This document shows, one piece after another, positions 48,412-57,650 of a DNA stretch of 57,934 nt (position 1 is the stretch's first letter; each line of letters begins with the position of its first letter). Both the position numbers and the translations under genes were made by a program. Origin of the DNA: Lentisphaeria bacterium (GTDB lineage Bacteria; Verrucomicrobiota; Lentisphaeria; JABSQK01; JAWLHB01). Location: assembly GCA_041690595.1 (NCBI GenBank), contig JAWLHB010000049.1, positions 1-57,934 of the forward strand, read 5' to 3'. The notes below the pieces were generated by a model, which saw only the letters and a program-made list of their open reading frames with translations, did not search any database and had not been told where the DNA came from.

Positions 48412-49533
48412 TCAACGCCCAAACCATTGCAAGCCTACGCCTCTCGCTCCTTCCACTCCGCGCCCCTGAGCAGCCTCCTGCTCATCGCTCCCCTCACCCG
48501 GATCGTCCGCCCCCGACGGATCGGTCCAAACCTCGGTCGTCTTCTCCTCACTATGGGACGCGGCCTCCGGACGAAGATCCAAATCCTCGGTCGAAAGGTC
48601 GGTCTTCCCAACGGATATCCCCGCTTCCCCCTGTCCCCATAACTTGTCGGGACCTGAAGATCCAATCTCCGGAACCCGACAAGACGTATCGAGGGGCTTG
48701 GCGAGGTGTGCCTCCCCAGCGGGGTCCGGGGCAGCGCCCCGCTGATCCGCTCCGTCTCCCCGCGTCTCCGCCTCTACGCCTCCAATCTCCGGAACCCGAC
48801 AAGACGTATCGAGGGGCCTGGGGAGGTGCGCCTCCCCAGCGGGGTCCGGGGCAGCGCCCCGCCGATCCTCTCCGCGTCCTCCCCCGCTCCTCTTCGCCAC
48901 ATACCGGTACCCCTGCGCCTGCGCACTACTCGTCACCGCCACCTCCGCATCCTCCAACTCCAGCTCCACCCGCACCGACTCATCCGCCGCCGTCCGAGAA
49001 ACCTGACGCTCCATCGGGCGCGCCCTCTCCTCCCAGCCGAACCCCAGCACATGCACCAGCCAGCTCTCCGCATCCATCATCCTCACGGATCCGCTCTGCG
49101 CCACCTCCGCCAGCACCTTCATATACTCCTTTGCCGCCCGTAACCGGTCATACAGTACCGGCTCCTGCATCAGGCCGCCCTCGCCATCCTTCACCCAGCG
49201 CACCCCCCGTACCGCCGGCGACGACCGATCCACCTCCCCACTTGCCGACATCACCTCCGCCATCGACGTCATCGCCATGGCCCCCAGCATTCCCGCGATC
49301 TCCATCATCGACGGAAACCGCAACCCCTCCCGGGATTCCAGCGCCCCCTTCTCATCTCCCAACAACTCCCGCACCAGCAATTGCACCCTCCCATCCCGTA
49401 GTAGCTCCGACGCACGCGCCTTTGCGAACGACTCCGAATAACCCGCACGCAGCGCCGCCTTCGCCGCACAGAAATCCTTCACATACTCCCCCGAAAACCT
49501 CCGCATCCTCTCGCTGAGTCCCCTCATCTCCAC
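48412..49533 (-). CDS. Terminase small subunit-like protein (N-terminal Terminase_2-like HTH) with repeat-derived C-terminal tail
   Basis: 'LSERMRRFSGEYVKDFCAAKAALRAGYSESFAKARASELL' resembles the TerS consensus L+.+Q..F..EY..D.NA..AAIRAGYS..A...A..LL. Confidence 0.6.
   Translation of the reverse strand: MEMRGLSERMRRFSGEYVKDFCAAKAALRAGYSESFAKARASELLRDGRVQLLVRELLGDEKGALESREGLRFPSMMEIAGMLGAMAMTSMAEVMSASGEVDRSSPAVRGVRWVKDGEGGLMQEPVLYDRLRAAKEYMKVLAEVAQSGSVRMMDAESWLVHVLGFGWEERARPMERQVSRTAADESVRVELELEDAEVAVTSSAQAQGYRYVAKRSGGGRGEDRRGAAPDPAGEAHLPRPLDTSCRVPEIGGVEAETRGDGADQRGAAPDPAGEAHLAKPLDTSCRVPEIGSSGPDKLWGQGEAGISVGKTDLSTEDLDLRPEAASHSEEKTTEVWTDPSGADDPGEGSDEQEAAQGRGVEGARGVGLQWFGR
48644..48868 (-). repeat. 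Two family-C repeats at 120-bp period inside the TerS-like ORF
   Basis: TCCAATCTCCGGAACCCGACAAGACGTATCGAGGGGC..GGGGTCCGGGGCAGCGCCCCGC at 48661 and 48781. Confidence 0.88.
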
Positions 49534-49573
49534 ACCCCCACGAACGTATAGTTACTAACCAAAAGACCGTATC

Positions 49574-49601
49574 AATATATCCTTCATAACTCGCAAGTCA
49601 A
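49574..49601 (-). promoter_or_regulatory. Predicted sigma70 promoter for the TerS-like gene
   Basis: Minus strand TTGACT-N16-TATATT. Confidence 0.45.
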
Positions 49602-49828
49602 GCCACAAAAAAGAAAAAAGCTCCACGGTCCCCCGGTTTGCCTCGGTCCGTCGCCCCTTCTGTCAACTCCCGCCCCACCCGCTCGACCTTTGCGATCCTT
49701 GCGTTCTCTGTGGTTAATTCCTGCCGTGTCCCCGTCTCCCGACCGCCCCGCAAGTTCTTCAGCGTGCCAATTTGGCGCAAACCAGCCGTAATTCCGCCTC
49801 AAAACCCCGATCCTACAGCACATTTCGC

Positions 49829-49857
49829 TTGCCAAGCCCCTTGCATGATACTAAGTT
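49829..49857 (+). promoter_or_regulatory. Predicted sigma70 promoter for the SPFH operon
   Basis: TTGCCA-N17-TAAGTT upstream of 49929. Confidence 0.4.
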
Positions 49858-49928
49858 ACGCGCACTTTGATGAAGGCACTTTAGCTTAGAGCATTGAGTA
49901 ATCACGTTATAGCGAAGCAGGGTAATCT

Positions 49929-51854
49929 ATGAGCGACAAGAGACCGTTGTGGCTGGCCGTCTTTGCTTTCGGCATCGCCATTCTCCTCGGCATAGGCACT
50001 TACGCGCTTGGCCATCACATCGCCGAGAGTCGTGTCATCGTCACCGCCATCATGCCACTGACCCTGGCCGCACTCTTCGCCTTCGTCGCCTGGTGGCATG
50101 GACTCCTTGTCCGCAGGGAAAATGTCGAACAGGAAGACAAGAACCGACTCAGCCGCGAATACGATCGCGAAGACCTCTTCGGCGATGCCGATGCCACCCT
50201 TAACCTGGCTGCCGACGCGCACAAGCATTTCGACCGCTACTTCCTCACCTCCCTCACCATCCTGACCGGCATCTTCCTCCTCGTCCGCGTCATCTTCTAT
50301 TGGGCGGGATGGATGGAAGCCGAGATTCAGGACCGGAATGCCCTGCAGGCTGCCGGACTCAGCTTCTTCATGCTCATCTTCTGCCTCTTGGCCGGCACCT
50401 TCTACAATGGTGCCTCCCGAGAGCCCGGCTGTCGCTTCCTCCGACCAGTCGGCAACTGGTTCCTGCTTGCCGCCTTCATCTATGCCCTCGCCTTCTTCGC
50501 CATGCTCGCCGAACGCTTCAATATCGGCCAGTGGGACAGCGGCGTCGCCAGGATTATTCTCGTCCTCATCGGCATCCTCGCCATCGAGATGATCTTCAAC
50601 TTCATCATCGAGTTCTATCGCCCCCGCATCCTCGGCGAAGCAGAACGCCCCCTCTACGAAAGCCGGATCCTCGGCGTCATCACCGAACCCGGCGGCATCG
50701 CCAAGAACGTCGCCCATGCGCTCGACTATCAGTTCGGCTTCAAGGTCTCCGAAACCTGGTTCTATTCCTTCCTCGAACGCGCCGTCGTTCCCTTCGTTGT
50801 CCTCCTCCTCTTCACCCTCTACCTCCTCGACTGCTTCATCCTTATCGATTACAATCAGATGGGCATCCGCGAAACCTTTGGCGCACCCGCCGCCAAGCCC
50901 CTCCAGCCCGGCCTTCACCTCAAGCTCCCAGTCCCCATTCAGCGCATCTACACCTTCCCTGTCGGCGATGTCACCGCCCTCAGCGTCGGCTATGAAGCCT
51001 ATGCCCCAGGCGAACGCCCCGAACCCAATCCCGAAGTTCCCGAAGAGCAGATGGATTCCACCGGAGGACGCGTCCTCCTCTGGAACAAGCATCACTTCAA
51101 AGACGAAACCCGCTTCCTCGTTCCTGCTCAGCGCGATGATAGCGAAGCCGATGAATCCGACAGCCGCTCCGTACCCGTCAGCTTCCTCTCCGCCAACATC
51201 TTTATTCACTACAAGATCGACCCCGACAACCTCTACGCCTTCGCTTACAACTACACCAATACCCCCGACGCGCTGCGACAGATCATGTGGCGCGAAACCG
51301 TCGCCTTTCTCGCCCGACAGGACTTCATCGCCCTCCTCTCCAGCAACTACCAGAACGCCCAGCGCGAACTCGACGAGCGCATCCGCCAGGCTGTCGACGA
51401 CGCGGATCCGGAACTTGGCATCATCGTCCTGAATGTCGGCATCGGCGGTGTCCACCCTCCCGTTGAAGTCGCCGGCGATTTTCAGGCCGTTGTCGGTGCC
51501 GACATCGAGCGCCACACCAGAACCTTGGCAGCCGAAGGCCAGAGCGCCCGGACCCTCGCCATGGCCCGTGCCCAGCGCGTCAGCTCCATTACCGAAGCCG
51601 AGGCCTATCGCAATACCAAGAGCATGCTCGCCTCTTCCGAGGCACAACGCTTCGAAAGTCAGCTCCTCGCCTACCGCGCCTCAGGACCCGTTTTCATGCT
51701 TCGCAGCTATCTCGACATGCTCGAGTCCATCTCCTCACGCTCCAGAAAATTCGTCGTCTCGGCACCCAATTCCCAGCACATACAGATCTTCGACTTTACC
51801 GAAAAGGTCCGACCCGACCTCCAGAATGTCGATCTGAATGCGCCTGATAATTGA
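49929..51854 (+). CDS. SPFH/HflK-like protein with about 7 N-terminal TM helices
   Basis: Seven hydrophobic segments, then 'PGLHLKLP.PI', 'VHPP.EVA.DFQ.V' and an A/E-rich coiled coil. Confidence 0.82.
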   Translation: MSDKRPLWLAVFAFGIAILLGIGTYALGHHIAESRVIVTAIMPLTLAALFAFVAWWHGLLVRRENVEQEDKNRLSREYDREDLFGDADATLNLAADAHKHFDRYFLTSLTILTGIFLLVRVIFYWAGWMEAEIQDRNALQAAGLSFFMLIFCLLAGTFYNGASREPGCRFLRPVGNWFLLAAFIYALAFFAMLAERFNIGQWDSGVARIILVLIGILAIEMIFNFIIEFYRPRILGEAERPLYESRILGVITEPGGIAKNVAHALDYQFGFKVSETWFYSFLERAVVPFVVLLLFTLYLLDCFILIDYNQMGIRETFGAPAAKPLQPGLHLKLPVPIQRIYTFPVGDVTALSVGYEAYAPGERPEPNPEVPEEQMDSTGGRVLLWNKHHFKDETRFLVPAQRDDSEADESDSRSVPVSFLSANIFIHYKIDPDNLYAFAYNYTNTPDALRQIMWRETVAFLARQDFIALLSSNYQNAQRELDERIRQAVDDADPELGIIVLNVGIGGVHPPVEVAGDFQAVVGADIERHTRTLAAEGQSARTLAMARAQRVSSITEAEAYRNTKSMLASSEAQRFESQLLAYRASGPVFMLRSYLDMLESISSRSRKFVVSAPNSQHIQIFDFTEKVRPDLQNVDLNAPDN

Positions 51855-51915
51855 TCCCCTTCCTCGTTTCCAAATAGAACTGTAAAGACATCATACGCCC
51901 GGAGGCAGACTCGCT

Positions 51916-52905
51916 ATGGCCGAGAAAAAACGTGTCAATCACTGGCCAGTCATGTTGCTGATCGCCCTCTTTGCGATCATCTTCCTGATCTCCCTGGTCA
52001 GCTTTCAAGTTCGGACCACTGAAATCGCCGTCCTCACCCGCCTCGGCAGCCCTATCGCCGAACGCGATACCTCCCCAGGATGGCATTTCAGACTCCCGTG
52101 GCCCATCGAAGACGTATGGAAGCACGACCGCCGCATACAGATCTTCGAAGGGCAAACCGGCGTCTACGAAGAGATCTACACCCGCGACCAGAAGAACATT
52201 ATCATCAATGTCTACGCCTACTGGAAGGTCGATCCGGACAACGCCATCACCTATATGAACAAGATCGGCAACCGCGAACACGCCGAAAACCAGCTCAACA
52301 GCATCCTCTCCCACGTCAAGCGTGAGGTCATCTCCCAGTATAACTTCAATGACCTCATCGCCACCGTCCGACAGGCTGCCGAAGACGGCAGCGTCGTCAT
52401 CCAGGACACCGTCAAGCTGACCGACGTCGAGAAGCGCATGAACGACATGCTACGAGTCGCTGTTCAGGAGTACGGCATCGTCATCTCCAACGTCGGCATC
52501 AAGCACATTGGCCTCCCCGAATCCGTCACCCAGAAAGTCATCGCCCGCATGCAGGAAGACCGGCGCAAGATCGCCGAGAAAACCCTCGCTGAAGGCGATG
52601 CACAGGCTCAGATCATCCAGACCCAGGCTCAGGCCGAGGCCAGCAACATCATCAACGAAGGACAGAGTCAGGCCACCCATATTCGCGCCGAAGCCGATGC
52701 CAAGGCCGCCGAATACTATGCTGCCTTTGCCGAAAATCCCGATCTCGCTATCTTCCTCCGCAAGCTCGAAGGCCTCCGAAACACCCTCGAAGAGGATACC
52801 ACCCTCATCTTCGATATCGAAACCCCGCCCTTCGACCTTTTCCAGAAGCAGGCGATTCCCAACCTCTCGCTGCAATCTTCACCGAGCACCGACGCCAACC
52901 AGTAA
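51916..52905 (+). CDS. SPFH/HflC-like protein
   Basis: One TM helix, 'PGWHFRLPWP', 'D.RI', 'TRDQKNII', 'RM.EDR..IA' and 'F..NP.L..FLR.LE'. Confidence 0.88.
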   Translation: MAEKKRVNHWPVMLLIALFAIIFLISLVSFQVRTTEIAVLTRLGSPIAERDTSPGWHFRLPWPIEDVWKHDRRIQIFEGQTGVYEEIYTRDQKNIIINVYAYWKVDPDNAITYMNKIGNREHAENQLNSILSHVKREVISQYNFNDLIATVRQAAEDGSVVIQDTVKLTDVEKRMNDMLRVAVQEYGIVISNVGIKHIGLPESVTQKVIARMQEDRRKIAEKTLAEGDAQAQIIQTQAQAEASNIINEGQSQATHIRAEADAKAAEYYAAFAENPDLAIFLRKLEGLRNTLEEDTTLIFDIETPPFDLFQKQAIPNLSLQSSPSTDANQ

Positions 52906-52917
52906 GAGGGGCACCCC

Positions 52918-54054
52918 ATGGCCAACCCAGACAATCACCAGGATCCACGCGCCGTGGGCCACGGCACCGAGGCCCTCCTCGTTGCGCTCAACGTCGGCTT
53001 TCGCATCCTGCGCTATCTCCTCCTCGTCATGCTGATCGCCTACCTCTTCAGCGGCTTCTTCATCCTCGGCCCCAACGAGCAGGCCTATGTCCTCCGCTTC
53101 GGCCGTATATCGGGTGAACCTGGAGAGCAGGTCCTCGCCAGCGGACGCTGGCACATCGCCTTGCCCAAGTACATGTCCGAGGTCGTCCGCGTCCCCACAG
53201 GTGAAGTCCAGAACCTCGTCACCGAGCACTTCTGGAACCGCGAAGCCGACCGCAACATCATGACCAATCCCGATCAGCCGCAGGAAGCTCCCCCCGAAGG
53301 CCAGGGACTCAACCCCGGCGTCGACAGTGACGGCTACATGCTCACTGCCGATTCCAACATCCTCCACACCCGCTGGCAACTCTACTATTACATCACCGAC
53401 CCCATCGCCTATACCACCAATTACGCCAATCCAAGGCAAGTCATCAAGTCCGCCATGGAGACCGTCATCCTCCGCAACATGGCCACCGTCAATATCGAAG
53501 ATGCTCTCTACACCGGCAGCAGTCTCCTCGCCGCCAGTATCTCCGAGCAACTGGCCATCGAGTTGCGCCGCCTCGAGGTCGGTGTCGAAGTCACCGACAA
53601 ACCAGGCCTCGTCTTCCTCGATAAACGCCCCCCCAGAGCAGCCCAAAGCGCCTTCAACCTCGTTCTCGAGGCCGATCAGCAGCAGGACGCAAGGATCGAA
53701 GCCGCCAAGGGAAATTACAATCGCGTCATCGCCGCCGCTCGCGGCGAACAACAGCGACTCATCCTCGAAGCTGGCGCCTACGGCAACACCCTCATCAGCA
53801 AGGCCGAAGCCGATGCCGCCTACATGACCAGCATCCTCCAGCAGATTCAGCTCATCCAGCAGACCAATCAGCAGAATCCAGACTCTCCACAGCGAGATCC
53901 CGCCTCCATTCTCCTCACCCTCTATGTCGACACCATTCTCGATGTGCTCAACAAGGTGCAAAGCAAGTACGTCGTTTACCCCGGACAGGAAGTCCGCATC
54001 CTCACTGGCCCCCCCATCAAGAGCCCCAATTCGCCGCGCAACGGACGCCCCTGA
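52918..54054 (+). CDS. SPFH/HflK-like protein
   Basis: One TM helix, 'E.A.VLRFG', 'MLTAD.NI', 'Y.I.DP..Y' and 'PP....AF..V..A'. Confidence 0.85.
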   Translation: MANPDNHQDPRAVGHGTEALLVALNVGFRILRYLLLVMLIAYLFSGFFILGPNEQAYVLRFGRISGEPGEQVLASGRWHIALPKYMSEVVRVPTGEVQNLVTEHFWNREADRNIMTNPDQPQEAPPEGQGLNPGVDSDGYMLTADSNILHTRWQLYYYITDPIAYTTNYANPRQVIKSAMETVILRNMATVNIEDALYTGSSLLAASISEQLAIELRRLEVGVEVTDKPGLVFLDKRPPRAAQSAFNLVLEADQQQDARIEAAKGNYNRVIAAARGEQQRLILEAGAYGNTLISKAEADAAYMTSILQQIQLIQQTNQQNPDSPQRDPASILLTLYVDTILDVLNKVQSKYVVYPGQEVRILTGPPIKSPNSPRNGRP

Positions 54055-54120
54055 ACGCGCCGCATTCCGCATACGCCGATTCTACATCCGCCATTCATAC
54101 ACTCATCACGGATATACCTT

Positions 54121-56187
54121 ATGGCACTGGACAACACGGGAACCGCAATATCCTCCGCGGGTCACAGCCACGACCATGCGCATGATCACGACCATGACCA
54201 TGGTCATGACCACTCGGATCGCCATCACGAGCACAGCCATGCCAAAGTCAATCTCTATGTCGCCATGCTCGGCGGCATCCTCATCATCAATTCCGGCCTC
54301 GCCCGCCTCGTCTTCGAATCACGCCCGTTCCTCAGCGAGTTGAGCGCCGTGCTCGGCGCCATCATTCTCGCCGTCCCCATCATCAAGGCCGCCATCCGCG
54401 ATCTCATTCGCCTGCAAATCCATATTGACGTACTCGTCGGCATCGCGCTGCTCGCCGCCATCGTCATGCAGGAATACCAGGAAGCGGGCATCATCGCCTT
54501 CTTCATGCTCATTGCCATCACCCTCGAAGAAAAGACCGCCATCGGCGCCCAGGCCTCCATTGAGGAACTCGTCAAACTTACCCCCACTATCGCCCACCGC
54601 CTCAATGTCCAGACCCAGACCGAAAGCGATGTCGAGGCTCTCTCCCTCGTCCAGAACGACATGGTCCGCGTTCGCCCCGGTGAAAACTTCCCTGCAGACG
54701 GTGTCATCGTCAATGGCATGACCAGCGTCAACCAGGCCTCCATCACCGGGGAATCCCTCCCCGTCGACAAAGAGCCCAATGCCGAAGTCTACGCCGGCAC
54801 CGAAAACCTTACCGGCATGGTCGATGTCCGCATCACCAAGGTCGGCGAAGATACCACCCTCGGCAAGGTCCGCAATCTCATCGAACAGGCCGAAAAAACC
54901 CGGCTGCCCATCCTCCGCATGATCGACGAGTACGCCATCTACTACACGCCGACCATTCTCATGATCGCCGCCCTCGTCTGGTTCATTACCGGCGACCTCA
55001 TGCGCTTCGTCTACGTGTTGGTGATCGGCTGTCCCTGCGCCCTCGTTATCGCCACCCCCTCCGCCGTCGTCGCCGCCATCGCCTCCGCTGCCCGCCTCGG
55101 CCTGCTCATCAAGAACGTCGCCCACATCGAGGTCGCCGCCAACGTCCAGGCCGTCATCTTCGATAAAACCGGCACCCTCACCCAGGGCAACCTCGAAGTC
55201 GCCCAGCTCACCCCCGCCGAGGGCGTCGAACTCAGCGACCTCCTCGCCACCGCCGTCGCCGCCGAATCCCAGAGCAACCACCCCGCCGCCAAGGCCATGC
55301 GCAAGCTCGCACAGGAAGCCAACATCGACTGGACGCCACCCACCGCCTTCACCGAAGTCGCCGGCAAAGGCGTCGTCGCCGAGTTTCAGGATGGCACCTA
55401 TCGCGTCGGCCGCGAGAGCTGGTTCCATGAACTCAAGATGGATGTTGCCGAACTCGGCAAAGCCTTCAAGGAGAATCCCGACAATGTCGGCATGAGCGTC
55501 ATCTACGTCGCCCGCAACGACCGGATGCTCGGCTGGATCGGCCTCCGCGATGCGATTCGACCCGGCGCCGAAGAGGCCCTCCGCGATCTCGAGAAGCTTG
55601 GCGTTCGCCATCGCTGCATGTTCACCGGCGATCATGAGATCGTCGCCCGCAATGTCGCTGCCAAGCTTGGCATCACCGAATACCGCGCCGATTGCCTCCC
55701 TGAAGAAAAGGTCCAGTACGTCGAAGCGCTCAGCCGCCAGGGAACCGTCGCGGTTGTTGGCGACGGCGTCAATGATGCACCCGCTCTCGCCGCTGGTGAT
55801 ATCGGCATCGCCATGGGCGCCATCGGCTCCGATGTCGCCATCAACAGCGCCTCCATCGCCCTCATGAACAACGACCTCCGTCGCATACCCTTCCTCATTG
55901 CCCTCTCCCGCAAGACCCGCAACGTCATCAAGCTCAACCTCCTCTTCGGCATCCTCTTGATTGTCAGCGGACTCATGTTCTTCATCTTCGGCGATGACCT
56001 CCTCAACAGCGCCGCCGCCTGGCTGACCCGCGTTTCCCATATCACCTTCAAGCCGAGCGTCTTCAAGGCTCTCATCGCCGCCGTCGTCCACATTCTCGGC
56101 ACACTTCTCGTTGTCTTCAACAGCGCCAGACTCGTCCGCTTCGGCGAAAACCTCGAGCAGCACACCACCGACGCCGCCCGATCATGA
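54121..56187 (+). CDS. Heavy-metal P1B-type ATPase with His-rich N-terminus
   Basis: TGES, CPC, DKTGT, HP, TGD and GDGVNDAP motifs; N-terminal (HD)n tract. Confidence 0.93.
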   Translation: MALDNTGTAISSAGHSHDHAHDHDHDHGHDHSDRHHEHSHAKVNLYVAMLGGILIINSGLARLVFESRPFLSELSAVLGAIILAVPIIKAAIRDLIRLQIHIDVLVGIALLAAIVMQEYQEAGIIAFFMLIAITLEEKTAIGAQASIEELVKLTPTIAHRLNVQTQTESDVEALSLVQNDMVRVRPGENFPADGVIVNGMTSVNQASITGESLPVDKEPNAEVYAGTENLTGMVDVRITKVGEDTTLGKVRNLIEQAEKTRLPILRMIDEYAIYYTPTILMIAALVWFITGDLMRFVYVLVIGCPCALVIATPSAVVAAIASAARLGLLIKNVAHIEVAANVQAVIFDKTGTLTQGNLEVAQLTPAEGVELSDLLATAVAAESQSNHPAAKAMRKLAQEANIDWTPPTAFTEVAGKGVVAEFQDGTYRVGRESWFHELKMDVAELGKAFKENPDNVGMSVIYVARNDRMLGWIGLRDAIRPGAEEALRDLEKLGVRHRCMFTGDHEIVARNVAAKLGITEYRADCLPEEKVQYVEALSRQGTVAVVGDGVNDAPALAAGDIGIAMGAIGSDVAINSASIALMNNDLRRIPFLIALSRKTRNVIKLNLLFGILLIVSGLMFFIFGDDLLNSAAAWLTRVSHITFKPSVFKALIAAVVHILGTLLVVFNSARLVRFGENLEQHTTDAARS

Positions 56188-57401
56188 GCGATATCAACAC
56201 GAATCTTGTCATTGAAGCTGTCGGCCTCTCCAAGATCTTCCGAGATTTCTGGGGGCGTCCGAAAGCCGCCGCCGTCAACAAGATCGACTTCTCGGTCAAG
56301 CAGGGCGAAGTTATTGGCTTCCTCGGCCCCAACGGCTCCGGAAAATCCACCACCATCAAGATGATGCTGGGGCTCCTCTACCCGACCTCCGGAAGCCTCC
56401 GTGTCTTCGGGCGCAATCCCAGCAGTGTCGTGGCCAAGCAACGCATCGGCTACCTGCCCGAAGAGACCTATCTCTATCGCTATCTTACCGCTGAAGAGAC
56501 CCTCGACTTCTTCGGCGCACTCTTCAATCTGCCCCAGAGCGAACGGCGCAACCGCTCCAGACAGCTGCTCGAAATGGTCGGCCTCGCCCATGCCGCGCAA
56601 CGCCCCGTCGGCGAGTTCTCCAAGGGCATGGCGAGGCGCATCGGCATTGCCCAGGCGCTCATCAACGATCCCGATCTGATCATCCTCGACGAACCCACCT
56701 CCGGCCTCGACCCGATCGGCTGCCGAAAGGTCAAGGAGATCATCCGCCTCCTTGCCGCCCGAAAGAAGACCGTCATCCTCTGCAGCCATCTCCTGGCTGA
56801 TGTCGAAGACGTCTGCGACAATGTCCTCATCATGTACGGGGGCCGCATCCGCGCCCGCGGCAGCATGGAAGAACTCCTCACCGTCGAAGACAAGACCCGC
56901 ATCGTCACCCCCACCCTCTCGCCCGACATCGTTGAACGGATCATGACCATCCTCAACGAGACCATGCAAAGCGAACAGGTTGCCGTTGATCATCCCTCCC
57001 TCGACCTCGAAAGCTATTTCATCGATGTCGTTCGTCAGGCCCGCGAAGAAAGCCAGACCACCAGCGGAACCGCCGCCGAAGGCAGGATCGCCAATTATCT
57101 CGCCGGCGGCTCGCAGGAAACCGGCGAAGCACTCCTGCGCCAGTACACCGCCGAAGCCCAGGCTCAACGCGAGCGTGTCGCCAAGGAAGCCGAAGAGGCT
57201 CAACAGGCAGAGGAAGCCGAGGCCAAACCCAAGCCCGATCTCTCCCGCCTTCAGGATCTTTCCGCCTCCCCCCAAGAGGAAGCCCCCTCCCCCCCCACCG
57301 AGGAAAAGCCGACAGCTCCCCAGCCCAGGCAGGAGCCCACCCAGGCGGAAAAGGAAGCGGCCAACAAGAAGATTCAGGATCTTCTCAACAAGAAGAAGTA
57401 G
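56184..57401 (+). CDS. ABC transporter ATP-binding protein with low-complexity C-terminal extension
   Basis: Walker A GPNGSGKST, signature FSKGM, Walker B ILDEPTSGLD, H-loop; ATGA overlap with the ATPase gene. Confidence 0.92.
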   Translation: MSDINTNLVIEAVGLSKIFRDFWGRPKAAAVNKIDFSVKQGEVIGFLGPNGSGKSTTIKMMLGLLYPTSGSLRVFGRNPSSVVAKQRIGYLPEETYLYRYLTAEETLDFFGALFNLPQSERRNRSRQLLEMVGLAHAAQRPVGEFSKGMARRIGIAQALINDPDLIILDEPTSGLDPIGCRKVKEIIRLLAARKKTVILCSHLLADVEDVCDNVLIMYGGRIRARGSMEELLTVEDKTRIVTPTLSPDIVERIMTILNETMQSEQVAVDHPSLDLESYFIDVVRQAREESQTTSGTAAEGRIANYLAGGSQETGEALLRQYTAEAQAQRERVAKEAEEAQQAEEAEAKPKPDLSRLQDLSASPQEEAPSPPTEEKPTAPQPRQEPTQAEKEAANKKIQDLLNKKK

Positions 57402-57464
57402 CCGTCCCCCCGCACCACAGCGCCACCGGCGACGAACCGCCGCCGATGGCGGACTGCACCTGCA

Positions 57465-57650
57465 TCAGGCATGTACCTGTGTACCGGTCGAAGGTGACGC
57501 CAGAACCAGCCAGAGCGCGTGAATGGCCCCTGGCAGCCACCCGAGGATGGTAAGCAGCACATTGATCCAGAAATGCGCGCCCAGCCCCACCTGAAGAAAG
57601 GCGGCTACTGGCGGCAGCAGGATGGCGAGTATGACTTTGAGAACGGTCAT
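57465..57650 (-). CDS. YqaE/Pmp3 family small membrane protein
   Basis: 'ILAILLPPVA.FL..G....FWINVLLTILGWLPG.IHALW'; AAGGAG RBS. Confidence 0.9.
   Translation of the reverse strand: MTVLKVILAILLPPVAAFLQVGLGAHFWINVLLTILGWLPGAIHALWLVLASPSTGTQVHA

Noticed and set aside
48412..49533. Intact prophage
   Set aside because: Only a TerS-like N-terminus is present, with no other phage genes or att-like repeats seen.
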